Assembly (NCBI GenBank): GCA_964304625.1
Contig: OZ199840.1
Location: 5,073,200-5,137,199, forward strand
Source of the DNA: Kudoa neothunni
Lineage: Eukaryota > Animalia > Cnidaria
DNA length: 64,000 nucleotides
Direction: 5' to 3'
Each line of letters opens with the position of its first letter. Position 1 is the stretch's first letter. Below the pieces are notes generated by a model. The model saw only the letters and a list, made by a program, of their open reading frames with translations. It searched no databases and had not been told where the DNA came from. Shown here in pieces: positions 1 through 14,790 of this stretch. The translations under genes were made by a program, and so were the position numbers.

Positions 1-813
1 ACTTATTAAGGGAAATTTTTTAACTTAATGGATTTGGCATATGTACGACTAAATTTTCAATTCTAATTTATTTTTATGATAATTGAATGATATTTAATAA
101 TTTCATTTGGATCTGACTATTTAGATAAATACTGTTGTGAAGTATTATCATATTTTTTCATAGAAATAAATATATATTAATAAATTTAAAAGAGAAAATT
201 TCAGTTTTTAAGTAAAAAATTAAAACTTTTATTAAAGTTTATTGATTTTGTTTGTGATGAGCTCAATTGAGAATTAGTAAATACTGATTTAAAAGATTTG
301 ATATCAATATTTTTAGAATCCACAAAATATTTATATATACATATTGAAGGCGCATAATGAAAATAAATATAAATCACCCTTTTGGTATTTATACGCTATA
401 TAAAAAAGAATGTATATTTAACTCCATTTATCCGTAACTGTGCATTAGTATTATAAAAAAGAAAAGTACGAGCATGATTAATGATTAATAGAAAATTAAT
501 TATAATCGAAAAAAATAAGATACTGATTAAATATTCTAGACATTAAAATTTGCTATAATTTTATTATTTGTCGCAATATCAACAAAATACATTCAAATAT
601 TAATTTTCTAAAACTAAATTATTATCATGTTATTCCGTTCAAATAAAGAAATTATCAGAATAAAATATTGAAACGCATTAGGATATAATAAAAAAAAGAA
701 GTTGATTTGAACGAGATTATTTTGTAGATAACTATTGAAAAAACTAAAAATTATCATCTCTAACATTAAACCAGTTCACGATGTAAGTTATAAGGAGCCG
801 TTCTTCAAACGAC

Positions 814-1697
814 CTAAATTATTACTTCTACCCTCAATTCAATACCACCTTGATTCAACAATATATTGGTCATTTATAAAATATAATATTATCAGTTGTC
901 TGATAATAATTTTTAAATATACGCTGTGGAAGATTGAAAGCCGCTTGAAATTGCTCCTCCGTACACATGCTTACAAAGTAGCACTGATTTTGTGCTTGGT
1001 CATAACACTTCGATACACCGTTCTAAATATGAATAATAGTAAGTGCATTAATATTGAATTTTTTACTAAATTTTCATTTAATGTAAATATTGTAGATATT
1101 TAATGAAAATTAATTATAAATTTATTGTACCTGCTCTTTTGTCTCCATGCAATGTGAATGAAATATTATCTATTTGATTACAACCATTTTTATTGGTGGA
1201 TAATATATTTACTAAGCACGGTACACATGTTTCTTTGAAATGAAAGCTTTCAACTATGAAATATTTAAAAATTCATTTTGGCAATATCGCTATATATATT
1301 TAAGATACTTCGGTAAATGTTACATTCAGTGTAGGTTTTGCAAAGTATATTTTTATATGGAAACTTATTGATAAAAAGGGGAAGATTTTCCCACGCTTCC
1401 TCAGCAGCTTTCTTCTGAAAGGAATTATAGCTAATATACTCAACCAATTACTTTGTTGACTTCATTAAATTCAGTCAAATTTTCAATATCGCATAATGAA
1501 CTTCCTAACGTAAATACAGCCCAAGAAGATAAAGTGAACTATATTTTTTAAAAAAAAACAATTATAAATTGAAAACTTCAATTTGTGCTTTGACAGTAAA
1601 CGATAAACCAATGATGATTACTAAAGCCAATACAGGAAAAATTTACAAACTATATACTACGAATCATTTCTATGTTGTAATAATAAAACCGACTCAT
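814..1697 (-). CDS. G1: putative secreted Cys-rich protein of the 8-exon family (last exon boundary uncertain)
   Basis: Manual GT-AG splicing gives MSRFYYYNIEMI|LIIIGLSFTVKAQIE|FTLSSWAVFTLGSSLCDIENLTEFNEVNK|KKAAEEAWENLPLFINKFPYKNILCKTYTECNIYR|IESFHFKETCVPCL|IIFHSHCMETKEQ|NGVSKCYDQAQNQCYFVSMCTEEQFQAAFNLPQ|... ORF-track 1265..1447 contains exon 4. Phases 1-0-0-1-0-0-1 match the paralogs. Exon 8 has several possible acceptors/frames between ~744 and ~900. Confidence 0.85.
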
Positions 1698-2338
1698 TAA
1701 TTCTTTCTTACAAATTTTAAGCGATTCCCGTAGCCACTCGCCAATTAATATAATCGTATATATTTTCCACTATTTTATGGTAAGATATACACATTTAAAT
1801 GCCGTCCGATTATAACATAAAGTGGCGCTTCATTTATTTAAATAATAGAGGAGATATTTATTTTAACATCTCGTTTAACAATTTTGATGAATTTATTACT
1901 TATTTTAATAACTGTAAAAGATTATCTTCCAATTTCCTTTTTTCAACTAATGATAAATATAAATCAAATTAAAAAGCTAAAGACAGATATGATGATAGAT
2001 ATATAAATTAATATTCAAAAATTCTAATATATATCTTCATGAATGATTGAAAAAATAATCCTTTCATTAGTAACTACCAAGTTACAGAACATTGGAAAAG
2101 CCCGATTAGATAAAGGCGTAAGATTTTGGTAGATATCGCGTGTTCTTAACTTATCGTCTTGATTTGAATCACAATTTTGTTATCTCATTTATGAACGAAA
2201 AATAAATTTCACAGTTATTGTAAATCCACAATAGAATCATTAGAGTTGAATTAGTATTTTTTAAAATAATAACAAGAATGGGTAATTAAAAAATAAATAT
2301 ATATTACCATATCGAATGTATCCACACTTGATAATAGA

Positions 2339-4546
2339 TTAATCTTCCGAGCTTCTCTGGAGTCCATTGGAACCCAATGGATGTTTGAATCAAGTTTAGA
2401 GAACCATATATTAAACCAGTTGGCTTATGGTCGCATTTATTATTCTACAAATATTATTTCTATTGAAATATTGCAGAAAGTTTTAATTTTTGCATTCATG
2501 TCAAGAAATAATCAAAAAACTTTCACAATCCTTCTTTTGGCGCCAAATGGGCCAAACGTTTTTTTTCTACCAAACGATAATGAAAAATAATTTACAATAA
2601 TTTTGAAAATTAAACAAAATTTTATAGAGAGGAAGCAGAGATAATTTAAAAAAAACTATGCGTACGTCAAATACCGATCAGTACCGACGAGAGAAATGCT
2701 GCTATAAATGGTTCATTGTGTAATATTTTGAATGGAAATGAATCCGATATAAATTTACTTTATTATATCTTTTTATCAAGTTTGTTATTATTGTCACTAT
2801 CAAGATTCTGAAGATAATAAACGCTATCGAAACATTTACGAAGATAAGGATGATATTAATTGATTCTTTGATAAACTTCAAATAACTAAAAGATTGAAAA
2901 CAAATATTTTTCAAAGTATCCAGGTTCAACTTTTTATATTGCAAACAGAATCACCTTCTTTGCTGATCATTCCTCATATTTTATGGTGAATCTATTTTCT
3001 CAACTGTTATTTCAAACATTAACACGTATACCAACTTTAATTATCTGAATTATTTGAAGACTTTTCAAAACAAGATTTGTTAGTTAATTTGGGAATCCAT
3101 AGTTGTATTCCTATTCTTAAATCTTAATTAGAATGATTCAAATTGTTTTGGAGTGTTGGAAAGCGAGAGGATATTTTTCGAGAGATTATGATATTAAATA
3201 GGTTTAATCAAATTTTGAGAGTCATTCATTAGGAAGAATTCAAAACCAGAGAAGCTTGAAGAATAATGGATAAGTTCATCATTATTTATAGTAATTTTTA
3301 GGGGTTGGAAATATTGTCGTTCCGACTTTATTACCCCCAGGAAAGTTTGACCATTGACGAGCAACTATTTGCTTTTAGGGAAAATTTACCTCCGCGCTGT
3401 ATTTATATACCATCCAAGCCGGCACTTTAACGAATTAAGTAGTTTCTCCTTACCAATCTCAAGACCAAGTACACTCATAACTCTCCTATGTATTTGGATA
3501 AAAATAATAACGAAACGTCGGAAAATATTGAGGAGATATTGTTCTAGATCTTGTGTCATCATTAATGCAAAGTGGGAGAAATATAATTTGTTAAAATTTC
3601 TTTATTTCTGTTTCAATTTCCAAGAATTCTTACGTGATGAATGACTGGAACGATCCGAAATAATTAAAAAGATATTAAAATTATCTAAAAAAGAATTCAA
3701 AACGGGAAGTTTCGGTATATTTTTGTTTAATCAAAAATTAATACTAATCTCCTATGTTCTTATAAAAGGTAACGCAGCTTTACTACTAGCAACCTCCAGT
3801 TCATTACTAATGTTGAAGATACAGCCTGAAAAAATCTGTTGTTGATCTGGAATCTAATTGTTGAAAACGAGGAGTGGTAACAATGGATCATATTATTGCT
3901 ACAACGAATGTAAAAAGTAAATTAATCGATGATCGACAGTAGTGTTCTTCATTGTGGTTGGTGTCAGCTTGATTAATTCATTTTAACTTAATAAGACTGT
4001 TTTCTATGGTCGCGATTGTTCGAGAATTAAGTTTCTAGAAGAGTTTGAAGATGCTTTGGTGTAGAATTATGTTCAGATAAACAAAATCCGCGTTAATACA
4101 AATTATAATTGTACGATAGAATTAATTTGTCGCGAGTGATGCTGTTCTGGTTCGAGATCTCAAGACAGAAAAGCGAGGATTTTCTGTTTGTAGAGTCATC
4201 TGTAATGAATGTAGTGCAAAAGTTGTTTTCCTGATATTTTGTAATATAAAAAACTAAAATAATATAAATATCTCGCATTTTATGTATTTGGAATAATTTT
4301 TATTGCCGGTATTACTGGGCATGATTATTAAGAAATTAATTTAACCTTTTAGATGTTTCGTTAATTATAGTTAACAACCGGCGTTGTTATAATTTTGCTA
4401 TTTTTCAAGATTTTATCGATAGTTTTATTTCATACTTTAGAAAATTACTTATTACGTTTTTTCCATAATTCAAATTAAAAAGAGAGTCCAATAGATCTCC
4501 CAAAAAAGAATGTGTAAAGTCGATTTTCAGGCGCTCGGAAGGTTAT
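2339..4546 (+). mobile_element. Decayed piggyBac element with pseudo-transposase
   Basis: Ends TTAA-TCTTCCGAGC ... GCTCGGAAGG-TTAT (imperfect TIR, degenerate TTAA). Interrupted transposase motifs: DIFREIMILNRFNQILRVIH (~3170), LTIDEQLFAFR (~3350), RGVVTMDH and INR*STVVFFIVVGVSLINSF (~3870-3985). Confidence 0.8.
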
Positions 4547-6438
4547 TCTTTAGAAATTTCATCAAGTTTTATTACCAAATGTTTCCTTATATATTTATTT
4601 CCAAATATAGATTTCATAGTAATAATTAATTTATTTAAATTTTTATATTTATTAATATCATATCAATATATTTGCAAATAACTATATTTAAATTATATTT
4701 CAGATTAAAAAATTTTTTATATACAAAAAAACGTAAAAAAATAATATACTTCCGCGAATTTTAATTATTATTGATGGAAAATTAAATGTTTTTCTATCAT
4801 CGGTATATAAGGTAGATGACTCGATTTGGAAAATATACTAGGAGTTCGATACAAAGTATTCGTGAATTAAACACATGCGATTAACGCATAGATTTACACT
4901 AAGAACTTATATTGAGACTGTCTTATTTATCATTTTACTATAATTTATATTAAAAAATATATTTAAACGTATATATTATATTCATAGTTTAGTTGTTACG
5001 GTATTTCAATATCTAAATGCAATTAAATAAAACCAAAATGCAATTTTCTTAGAAATAAATTATGTTAATTAATTATTAATTTCTCTGTGTTAAAACTTAT
5101 TGGTAAATATGAATCAGCGAGTTTTGAATAATTTGGACAGTTTTATGAGGTATCTTCTACAGTATATCGCTTAATAATGTTTAGTAGTTCTTAATTTTTT
5201 GGATATTTATTCGTTTCAATCTTTTTTAATTAACGAGAAAAATTCTTCATAGGATTAATAAATTACGAATATAATGCCAGACATAGAAGCTTATGATTGC
5301 TCGTCTGAGTTAGTTCCTCGATTAAATTTTTCTTATAGAATCTAATGTTGTCTGTAACTTGATAACTTTAATTTATTCATTATCCAGATTATTGAAAATT
5401 TACCGGAGAAAACCTGAAATATAAAGTGGTTTACAGATATACATACCACGTTAAAAATCCAGACTTATTCTCAATTTATGAATGAAATTAATGTTATATT
5501 GTTAAATTGGACCATTTAAATTTTGAAATTTTTTCTAATCTCAGAAATTGTTATATCACTTGACCTTTTCATTGAAACGGAAACCCCCCCTTCATCTATT
5601 ATAAACGTCTGGAATGTAAAGTTGTTTATTTTGGAGAAATTTCAGTACATATATTTTTGTAAGAATATGACAATTATTTCACGAATAAATCAAATTATTG
5701 GCTAGAGATTTTAGGTTTATCTCAATATAATATTCTTTGGATTATTTCTTGAATTTTAACATTAATTAAAATATATAATAAAAAAATTCTCAATATAACA
5801 CGATGAGTTTTCCTTGCGCTTATGATGGTTGCATTTAGATCTTAAAATTCTGTATGTGCGAAAAAATTAAAAGAATATGCAATAACACTGGGAAATACGA
5901 TGTTACTGTGTTCATCTGAGGTAAAATTTTCAGTTAATGACATATTTAACATTTTGAAGCTATTATATAAAAATTGGATTATCTAACTTTCTTTATGTTT
6001 TATATTAATTTATAAAAACTATACCAATCGATATTTATAAGATATTTTTCCTCCTCTACATGTAGTGAAATGGGGCTCGTACGTAACGGGGGCATAAGTA
6101 ATTTCCGTTTTTTTAAATCTACACAAAATTTGAATCCTTTCATTATTATATATAATAATTAAGAAAACTTTCTTACTAATCAAAAAAATAAATAAAAATG
6201 CTTCGTATCTAATTGAGATATATAATGAAATTAGATTTAATTCCACGATTCCTTTCCAGCGAATCCAGTTGGATTATACATTTTTTTGATCAATTAAAAA
6301 ATATTTCTTTTATTTTAATGTAAGTTTATATGAAAACAAAAGATTGAATAAAAATTTCAAAGAAAGTCATTTTAACTAGTCTTCATCCTGTTATGTAATT
6401 ATGTAATAGGTAAACAACGGTTGGTTGGAATTTTACTC

Positions 6439-7362
6439 CTAGGAAATTGGAACCGATTCAATCAAAACTTTCATTTTGTATGATTCTCCATTATGAATCT
6501 TTTTAATTGTGTCCACTAGGTAATTAGAACAATATTAAACTCATTGAAATAAAATTAATAATATAATTTTCTAATTTCGAATAAATTACTATTTGATGTT
6601 TTACTTATTATATTTATGGGGTTGGCGGGAACTTGATATTCATCACACATACCAACGTATAAGCATTGATTTTCGGCTTGATATAAACATTCAAATTTAC
6701 TCTAAATAAAATTTCCATCAAAAATGGAAATATCGTAAATATTTTTTATTTTTTTATTTTTAAAATTATAATTTTATGATACTTTATCTTGATACTCAAC
6801 ACAATACCAGTAAAAAACTATCTTTAATTATCAATAAGTATATACAGAAAAACATGTAAATTACAAGGCATGGCGAACATCCCACATTTTTATAAAATTG
6901 TATAACTTAAATAATAGTTATATGAGATAACGAATAATTTATATGATAATTATTATTTCATACTTATATCATATTCACATTTAGCGTAAACTAAGCAAAA
7001 AGTATCGATATTTGGATATTTATTTATGAATTCATTCATATCTAGCCATGCTTTGTACGTAATGGTTACCTATATCAATATATCAAGTAATTCATATACA
7101 ATCATACTTTATCGACTTCTTTAAATGATTTTATTTGTTTGATCTTAATCAAAGAGAGTCCAACTGACATTTTGGACGAAGTAGATAAGAATAACTAAAA
7201 TTATAATATTATAGACATTTTTAAAACTAACCTTTGAATGAATATTGGAATATGAAATATAGTTCAAATTAGTCACTAAATTTATACCTAAAAATTAACG
7301 GAGCCAAATGTAATAAACTTTCATTTACAAATAAAAACACAGCAATAAGGGCATAAGTTCAT
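6439..7362 (-). CDS. G2: putative secreted Cys-rich protein of the 8-exon family
   Basis: Spliced: MNLCPYCCVFI|CINLVTNLNYISYSNIHSK|LFLSTSSKMSVGLSLIKIKQIKSFKEVDK|VTITYKAWLDMNEFINKYPNIDTFCLVYAKCEYDI|IIQFYKNVGCSPCL|IVFYWYCVEYQDK|SKFECLYQAENQCLYVGMCDEYQVPANPINII|MDTIKKIHNGESYKMKVLIESVPIS*. All introns GT-AG, family phases. Confidence 0.88.
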
Positions 7363-9329
7363 CTATTTTGTATATATTAGTAGTTGAATATCTACGAAAT
7401 ATTACTTTAGACAAAATTGCGTTCCTTATTTTTGTTTCAAGAGATAAGATAATCATAATTAAATTTTTTAGAATATAATTACGAATATTTTATTATATAT
7501 TCAAAATATAAGTAATTGGTAATTATAATACTACCTTTTTGTAAAAATATTTTGTAATTAATATAATTTATTGAAATTTCAATATTGACTTTAAGACAAT
7601 AATTTATTTAATTTTACCATGTTTAAGAATTTTGAAAATAATAAAAATATTAAATATTTATTAGAATAATTGTATCGCATATTTAATATCAACAATAAAT
7701 TAATGTTTTTATATTAATGCTATTAGGTTTAAATTTTTAATACATCTGTATCTAGGCTCAGTGAACTATTATCATTGAAGCTATGGTTTCTTTGAGATAG
7801 TATTTACATTAAATAACAAAAAAGATAGTGTAAGGAAGGATAAATATACGCAAAAAGTTTAATTTTATAATTTATGAATATTCGTTTATTCGCAACTAAT
7901 TATTAAACAATTTCATCATTTTATATTATTGGTTGAATTATTATAAATATTAATTTTTGTGTCGTAATATATTTACGTACAATATTGTGTACTTATTATC
8001 AACCTCATTCCACTAAAGGCTATGCCAATGTATCATTCATTAATTATTTTTTAAATTAAATAATGATAAATATTGTTTTACCAGAGATTATTTAACTTTT
8101 CATAAATCCACTTGTATATGATGCGGAGCATTAAATGAAAAATATTTATCGATTTTAAAATAGAATTATTCCTTTGAGGGATTAATGTATTGCCAGATTG
8201 CGGCGGAATGGTGAAAAATAGAAGTATATTTTATGTAGATAAAATAGAACGAAAATTTTTCTAACAAAAATATTACAAAAAACATTTTATTTGTCATAAT
8301 TTTCAAATTAAATAATATTTAACTGAATTAATCTTCAGAAGATGGAGCTCACAAAACTAACGGGGATGACGAAGGGGGTGCATTTTGCACACAAGAGAAT
8401 TTTTATGTTATTGCATGTATGCGTCAAAACAAAGCTTTTCATATGCTAGAAAATTATTTAAATATTAAAAAAAATCATATGAAAGTAAAAATAGTTTTGC
8501 AATATAGTAAGAAACACGCATATAACTGATAATCACGATTCACGAAAGAAACAACAAATCGGATATATATTCGACAAAAATATACTTTACAACAAAATGA
8601 AAGACATTTAATTCATAGAGAAGTCAACGTTCAGCTCCAATTTTTGTCGCATCTCTATAATACGCCCAAAAAATTCAAACTCAGCGGTTGTAGATTATTG
8701 AGAATTCTCGTTAATCCCAAAGATGGATAACAAGGTTAATTTGGAATGGAATTCTCTTTTAACTTAGCAATCATCGTTTAACTATGATTTTCAATTTAAT
8801 AATTGGATAAGAACAGAATATAATGTTGAGAAATGATGAACATTAAATAAAGTCAATTACGTGTATATACGTATACTATAGTGAACAATTATAATAAAGT
8901 ATTTTTGAGTTATTTGCATTATTAGCTTTAACATCATGTTATATTATTGTTGAATATTACTTATATAAGTTATATTGAGTTTTTGATACAAAATTAAAAA
9001 CAACCGACAAATTATATCAATTAATAAACTTTTATATATTAACTATCATAACGTTGTATAAATTGCAATTTATTCACAATGTAGATTTTTTTATATTTTC
9101 TTACAATGAATGTTTAATCCCAAAGTAGTCCGTAACATAAATAAATATATTGAGCTTAAACTATTTTATGTACATAAGTTTGATTTCAAATTGGAATTGG
9201 GGCATTCTAATTTCTTTATTTAATTTAATTAGACTGAATGCAGGTTTTTTAATATTTAAGACGAAATTCTGGTCTTTTTACCAATATTTTTTGAACAGTG
9301 AGTATATCTTGACTGTATCATGTTAACAT

Positions 9330-10260
9330 TATTTCCCCAGAAATGGATGTTTTGTCGTCCCTGATGTATTTGTTAAATATAATGAATCTAATTCTAATAT
9401 GAGAATAATGGATATTCCCTAAACTTCGACGACTCAAAACATACGGTTTGTTGAGTTAAGGTACATGTTCGCTAAGAAAACAGTGCTACCAATTTCGATT
9501 ACTTAATCCAGGTATGGGAATTTCGATATCCATATTATATAAGCGTTAAATGCTGGAACACCGATAAGATCCATAAACATGCTGAAGGGTCATCTTCTAG
9601 TTATAAAAGCACAGCTGTACTTTTGCGCCATTGGATCGCCGCCATCAAACCTCCTTTGATTTGATTATAATTTATAATTATATCAGAGATGTTTTTTATG
9701 ATCGTTCAATGGCTCTATCATGGAAATTCAATGATAACTGTAAAATAATACGCCTTTTCGTTTGAACGTATGGCATTGGCGTTACGTTCACACAGAAGAT
9801 AAATTTTGGCGATAACTCATCGCGATTAACCATACCCTATAGAATCTGTAGAATTTCAGGTATGCAGCGGTTATTACTTATAAAAATTAGCATCAACGTA
9901 ATATTCTTCTGCAACAAAAATAGTGCCATTGGATGGGGGAGCAAAAATTATCAGTTTCTAATCATCGCATGGAACCATAAAATGATGTAATATTTTCTGA
10001 AATCCTCATATAATGAGTCTTATCATATGCATGATTGCGAAAATTCATACTCTTTCTTGATTTTCGAATATATTCTCAATAGAAACTCGATTTAATTGTT
10101 GATATCTATTATCTCCACACATTCGACTTCTGACTCATATAAAATTTTTGAATATTCAAAAAAACAAAATTAAAGCATTTATCATACTAGCCATCTTCAA
10201 ATTCTAGGCCACTCTCAACATATATTCCATTTTTATTTAAATTCCTAGTGATATCATCCG
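9330..10260 (-). mobile_element. piggyBac transposase remnant (ends not resolved)
   Basis: Minus-strand fragments FYGSMR*LETDNF (GSGRN-TDNFF motif) and, across a frameshift, GG-DGGDPMAQKYSCAFITRR*PFSMFMDLIGVPAFNAYIIW (KGGVD...TRRWP motif). Confidence 0.8.
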
Positions 10261-10578
10261 AAATATTTCACAATATCAGTTTGTAATGGAAAAATGTCAA
10301 AAATTCAAGATTGGAAAATTTTTGTACAAAGATATAGGTACCAGCAAAATCTAAATAAAAAAGTTACCAATTGTGTGTATCTCAAATTAATCTTATTGTC
10401 CATCAGATTCTGTATGCAGAAGTTAAATGTATAATATCTTAAGGTTCTTAGACATTTTATATTAATTTTATTGAATTTTTTAATGTAAAAATTAATTTTA
10501 CATCGTATTATAGTCATTGAGTATCGTTATTAACAATCTTTCGAGGTGAAGATAACCTGTTTCTTTTCGAAAGAGTTA

Positions 10579-11100
10579 TACAGTAGGTGACGGCTCGTAC
10601 GCACTACCACTCGTGGGCACATGTCATGATTTAAAACTTACACAACATGGTTAATAATTAAAGTAATTCGAATAAAAGTAGAACGATTACAATAAATTAT
10701 TAAAACCTTAGTTTTTGTTTTAATTCGTTGTAAATAAGAATTAGCTCAAATATACCACTCGTGAGCACTAAACTTAAGAATTTTCGTTAATTGAAAGATA
10801 AAGTATATACAATGCCATATTATGAAAGAATATCAAGAGGGGAAAATAAAAAACTAAGATCCTCAATTATTTTAACGCAGAATTTATGCCTTCTCTAAAT
10901 AAGATTTTGGATAATGAAGAATTCATTATTAGGGCTCATAACGAAATGAGAACCACTAACAACCGCATAGAATTAAAAAACTTTACGATTTCCATGGATG
11001 ATGCTCCAATTTATTTAAAATGTAAAAATATTTCAGAAAGCGAAATTATCAAATGTAATCTACGGTCATAGATCTAAAAATTGCTATTTATGGTATAAGA
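10579..11100 (+). mobile_element. pogo/Tigger-like 5' remnant
   Basis: TA-CAGTAGGTGACGGCTCGTACGCACTAC end resembles the end at 58136. Subterminal direct repeat TACCACTCGTG(G/A)GCAC at ~10605 and ~10753. ORF 10886 SLNKILDNEEFII resembles the N-terminal HTH of Tigger transposases. Confidence 0.45.
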
Positions 11101-11591
11101 GAGTCAAAGCTGTACTAATAAATATTAACAAATACTAATATCGTTTTCTAACTTAAATTCAACTCATAAGCATGATAAAAGTTTTTAGTTATATTATATT
11201 AAGTATATTATTTAATTTTATGAAATTTATGCGTATCATTATAGAGTAAAATTATCTAAGTTATCTACTCCTACTCCAACTTCTCTTGAATGTATAAAAT
11301 AATTAATTCGTCGTGCAACATTTTGTTTAAGATAAAACTGCTTAAAAAGAATGTTTTCTGCGTGTATTCACGTAAAATCGTCCAAAACATATCGTGGAAA
11401 TAAAAAAAGTTTTGATAGCCTTGATTATACAAAATTGGAGGAATGAATTGCATTTATTATTATTGTAATAAGTGAGAGCGTGACAACCATCACTGGCGCG
11501 AGAAATTGCTTAGTATTAATGGCGGTCACGAACCTGTTTGCGAGTCGTTGTAGTAAACTTGTCAAATAGTTTATCTACTTGCGCTGTTACG

Positions 11592-14500
11592 TGTACTAAA
11601 TATGAAATTCTCATTCTATTAATTCCCGCATTTAATATTAAGTTATCGCTAGGGAGACATTGTGGCAACGTATAGAAATCAGTTTCCACATTTAAATTTT
11701 AGAATACATAAAGGATGCTTTACTCAATTGGGTGTTAAGGCATGTAAAAATGATTACGAGGGACCAGGAGATACATATAGATTTCAACAACTATCGTATA
11801 TGTCTGAAAGGTAATATTAAATGTAAATTCAAGCTGGATCAAAATTATAAAATAAACAAAAATAAATTATTCACCAGGGTCGATCTAGTTCGCTGTGAGT
11901 GTTTTTGATTGCAGTCACAATTCGACATTTTTACCGCATATAATGCCTTTAATAGAGTTTATATTTTATTTTTCATTAAGGATATTGTTTGTCGTTATTT
12001 CAAACGAAGCTAAACATACAAAACGTTCTAATCACGAGTCATAACGAATAATACTTAATCTCACCGAAGCAGATCATCGAGGATTAATTATGCAGTAATT
12101 AATTGTTTTCTCAATATTTATAGGCAGAATACCCCCATATTTTTCACATAACTTTATAATAATTATATGAATACAATAAAAGAATAAAAGTCTGGGGTCA
12201 TTTTTACCCCAAATGCCCGTTGCGTTGGAGGGTGGTTTTATTTTCATTTGTTAGAGAGTTAATATTACTAATTATGAGGAATTAAATATTTTAGCAAAGA
12301 ATATTATATTTGATGTATCTTTAAAAACTGAATTAATCGATATCAATAAAAATCGTGAGAATGTTCATTTTATCGCATACAAATGTATTAATTTTATCAC
12401 TAAAATGTTTCTTGAATTCATATAAATTTATATAAAATATTTCAAATACGCTGAAATATCATTTTTAACTGTCATTGTTAAAGAAATCAGATAAACTTTG
12501 TATTAATTAACTGATATTGTATATTATTGTTCGTATGTTCATTGTATTTCTGAGGAATCTCAAGTGATAATTTATGCGAATAATTACTTAGGAGATATTT
12601 TATGTATTGAATTAACCCATTTAGTTAGCAAATTGCGCATTCGAATAAACAAAATTAAGGATTTTTTGTAATATTTTTTATTAAAAGTAAGTTAACAATG
12701 AAATTTTTACATATAATATAGTGAATTAAAATAATGATGACTGGATAAAAAGTTATCAGTGTTTAAAGCTTATTAACGCATTGTGATTTACTATAAAAGA
12801 ATTTTCATTTTATCTCGAATAGAATAATTATATCAAATAATAAATATTTAAGGTTATTTTAAATAAATAGTTTATATCTTATCGATTTAAAACAATACTT
12901 TTGAAAAAAAAACTTGTAATTTTTAAGAAATTTAATGACCTAAATTTTTCTCATATTATATAAAATGTTATAAAAATTTTCACTAAAAAAATCATTGTTT
13001 TTATACATATGAAATTAAATATAACGATTTTGGTTGTCGTCAATTTAAAAGTTTATGATATCGAGTGTTTAACCTTTTTATATAAAATCCACGAATCATT
13101 GATTATAAAATATATTTGTTTAATTTAAGTAATGATAAATTTTATGAGGAATATATATTTGTGTATTATTAAAAAAAAATTAGAAATATTATTTAATAAC
13201 TTCATCATAATTTAATAATATATACAAATATTTTTTTAACACAAATCTTATAACTCCTTTTGAAATTATTACAACTTATCAACATAATATTAAAGATAAA
13301 AGATACGACGAACACTATTTAAAGGCCGAGTAAATCGCAATTCATTTTTTATATTTTGGATAAATGATGATTTATCCAAATCTCCAATGTTTGGCATTAA
13401 TTTGTAAATTAATTGTGATATAATTATTTCATCTTAAATTAAATATTTTATAGTCATTCTTTGCAATGTTATTTGCCTATACTATTCCTGAAGAAAAGGT
13501 TTTGATTTTTGTGGATATCCTTGATTATTGATTATAGTTTCAACTATTACCAACTGTGAGAAAGGGTGTAGAAAGTGTTGTGGATTACTTCGAAAACACC
13601 AGATAATGATATCCATACAAGGGTAGGTTAATAATAATATTTCTCTAATTTTTTTATAAGATTATAGCTTCAATCTATCGAGAACATCCAGATGACTTAA
13701 TCAATGCATTGTTTCTCAAATGAAGTGGCTTACAAAAAATTCGCTTGCACTCATTTATTTTTATGTCATAATAATTACGGTAAAACATAAAAATTATTTT
13801 TACATTATCATTCTAAATAGTGACATTAATGAATCTCCCAGAGAAATGTATTCCATGTTTAGTATATTTATTCATTACTTAATTGGCTAGTAATATCCAA
13901 AAATAGGCGATCCAAATAGAAACAATAAAGCATAAATATGTATAATTACACAATAATAGGAATTATAACATAAAAGTTTACATTTTTATCACAAAATAAA
14001 TCCAAAATATTTCTAATTTTTTTTCACAATTAAAAACTTAGCCGCAAACACTTTGGGCAACATTCTCCTCGCGTGCAATGCAGGGATATGTCTTGGTGTA
14101 CCTACGAACAAACAAAATGGGTTTTTTGGCCTTATAATGGTATATAATATTTGAATTTGTATATTAAAAATGATATGGAAATACGAGAGTTTATTATTAT
14201 TTTATTAATTATTTAAAATTAAATTATAGATAGTGCAACTGGTGTGACAAGGACACAAGAAACCAACCAAACTATTATACCTGCTCGTAAGAACTGTATC
14301 AATGACCTTGAAATCTCGAAAGTGGTCATTAATTACGATGATTAATTGAATTTAGTAGAAAAAATATAAAAATTTTCAGAAAATCTATAATTTGTTTTGA
14401 TTTATAGAATTTTTTCCGAAATAAAAATACAACAATTTAATTAGAATGATATATTATCTTACAATAATTCGATTTAAAAAAATATTAAAAATCAATATGG

Positions 14501-14780
14501 TTTTTAAATGCATAATTTTTATGTTTTAATACGCTAAATGAAAAAACTACCAATATACGCATTAAAATCCCTATCGTGATGGGGAAATTATTTTAAATTT
14601 ACCTCGTACACTAATCACCAATGGATTAATTTCATAGGATGATTTCTCAGTATCATTCAAACCTGAGGGATAAACTCACCCGTGCTCATAAATAATTGGA
14701 ATTAATCCAAGATAATCATTACAAATTTTACGTAGATCATCCTTTTTTAAATAAACATGAAGCTTCAATAGCCGATTCAA
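11592..14780 (+). repeat. Direct segmental duplication, copy 1 (~3.2 kb; partner 26086-29232)
   Basis: Colinear from TGTACTAAATATGAAATTCTC to GCCGATTCAA. Contains G3 and a piggyBac-like end (GGGGTCATTTTTACCCC ... GAGAGTTAA, ~12194-12262). Confidence 0.97.
13364..14345 (+). pseudogene. G3: divergent family member, near-duplicate of G5; frameshifted as assembled (pseudogene or consensus error)
   Basis: Same exon structure as G5. Single-base insertions in exons 2, 3, 4 and 7 (e.g. CGAAAACACC vs CGAAACACC, TTGTTTCTC vs TTGTTCTC). Corrected frame has FACTHLFLC, EKCIPCL, CRDMSWC and ends DLEISKVVINYDD*. Confidence 0.8.
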
Positions 14781-14790
14781 TAAATTGGTA

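Noticed and set aside
735-1103. 122-aa plus-strand ORF and similar short ORF-track entries (e.g. 18665-18850, 44057-44290, 63130-63321, 46820-47074, 55546-55731)
   Set aside because: They are antisense shadows of family exons or low-complexity AT-rich chance ORFs with no recognisable motifs.
6370-6440. mariner-like ITGDE motif on the minus strand
   Set aside because: Needs an indel, has no supporting motifs, and lies in the G2 3' region.
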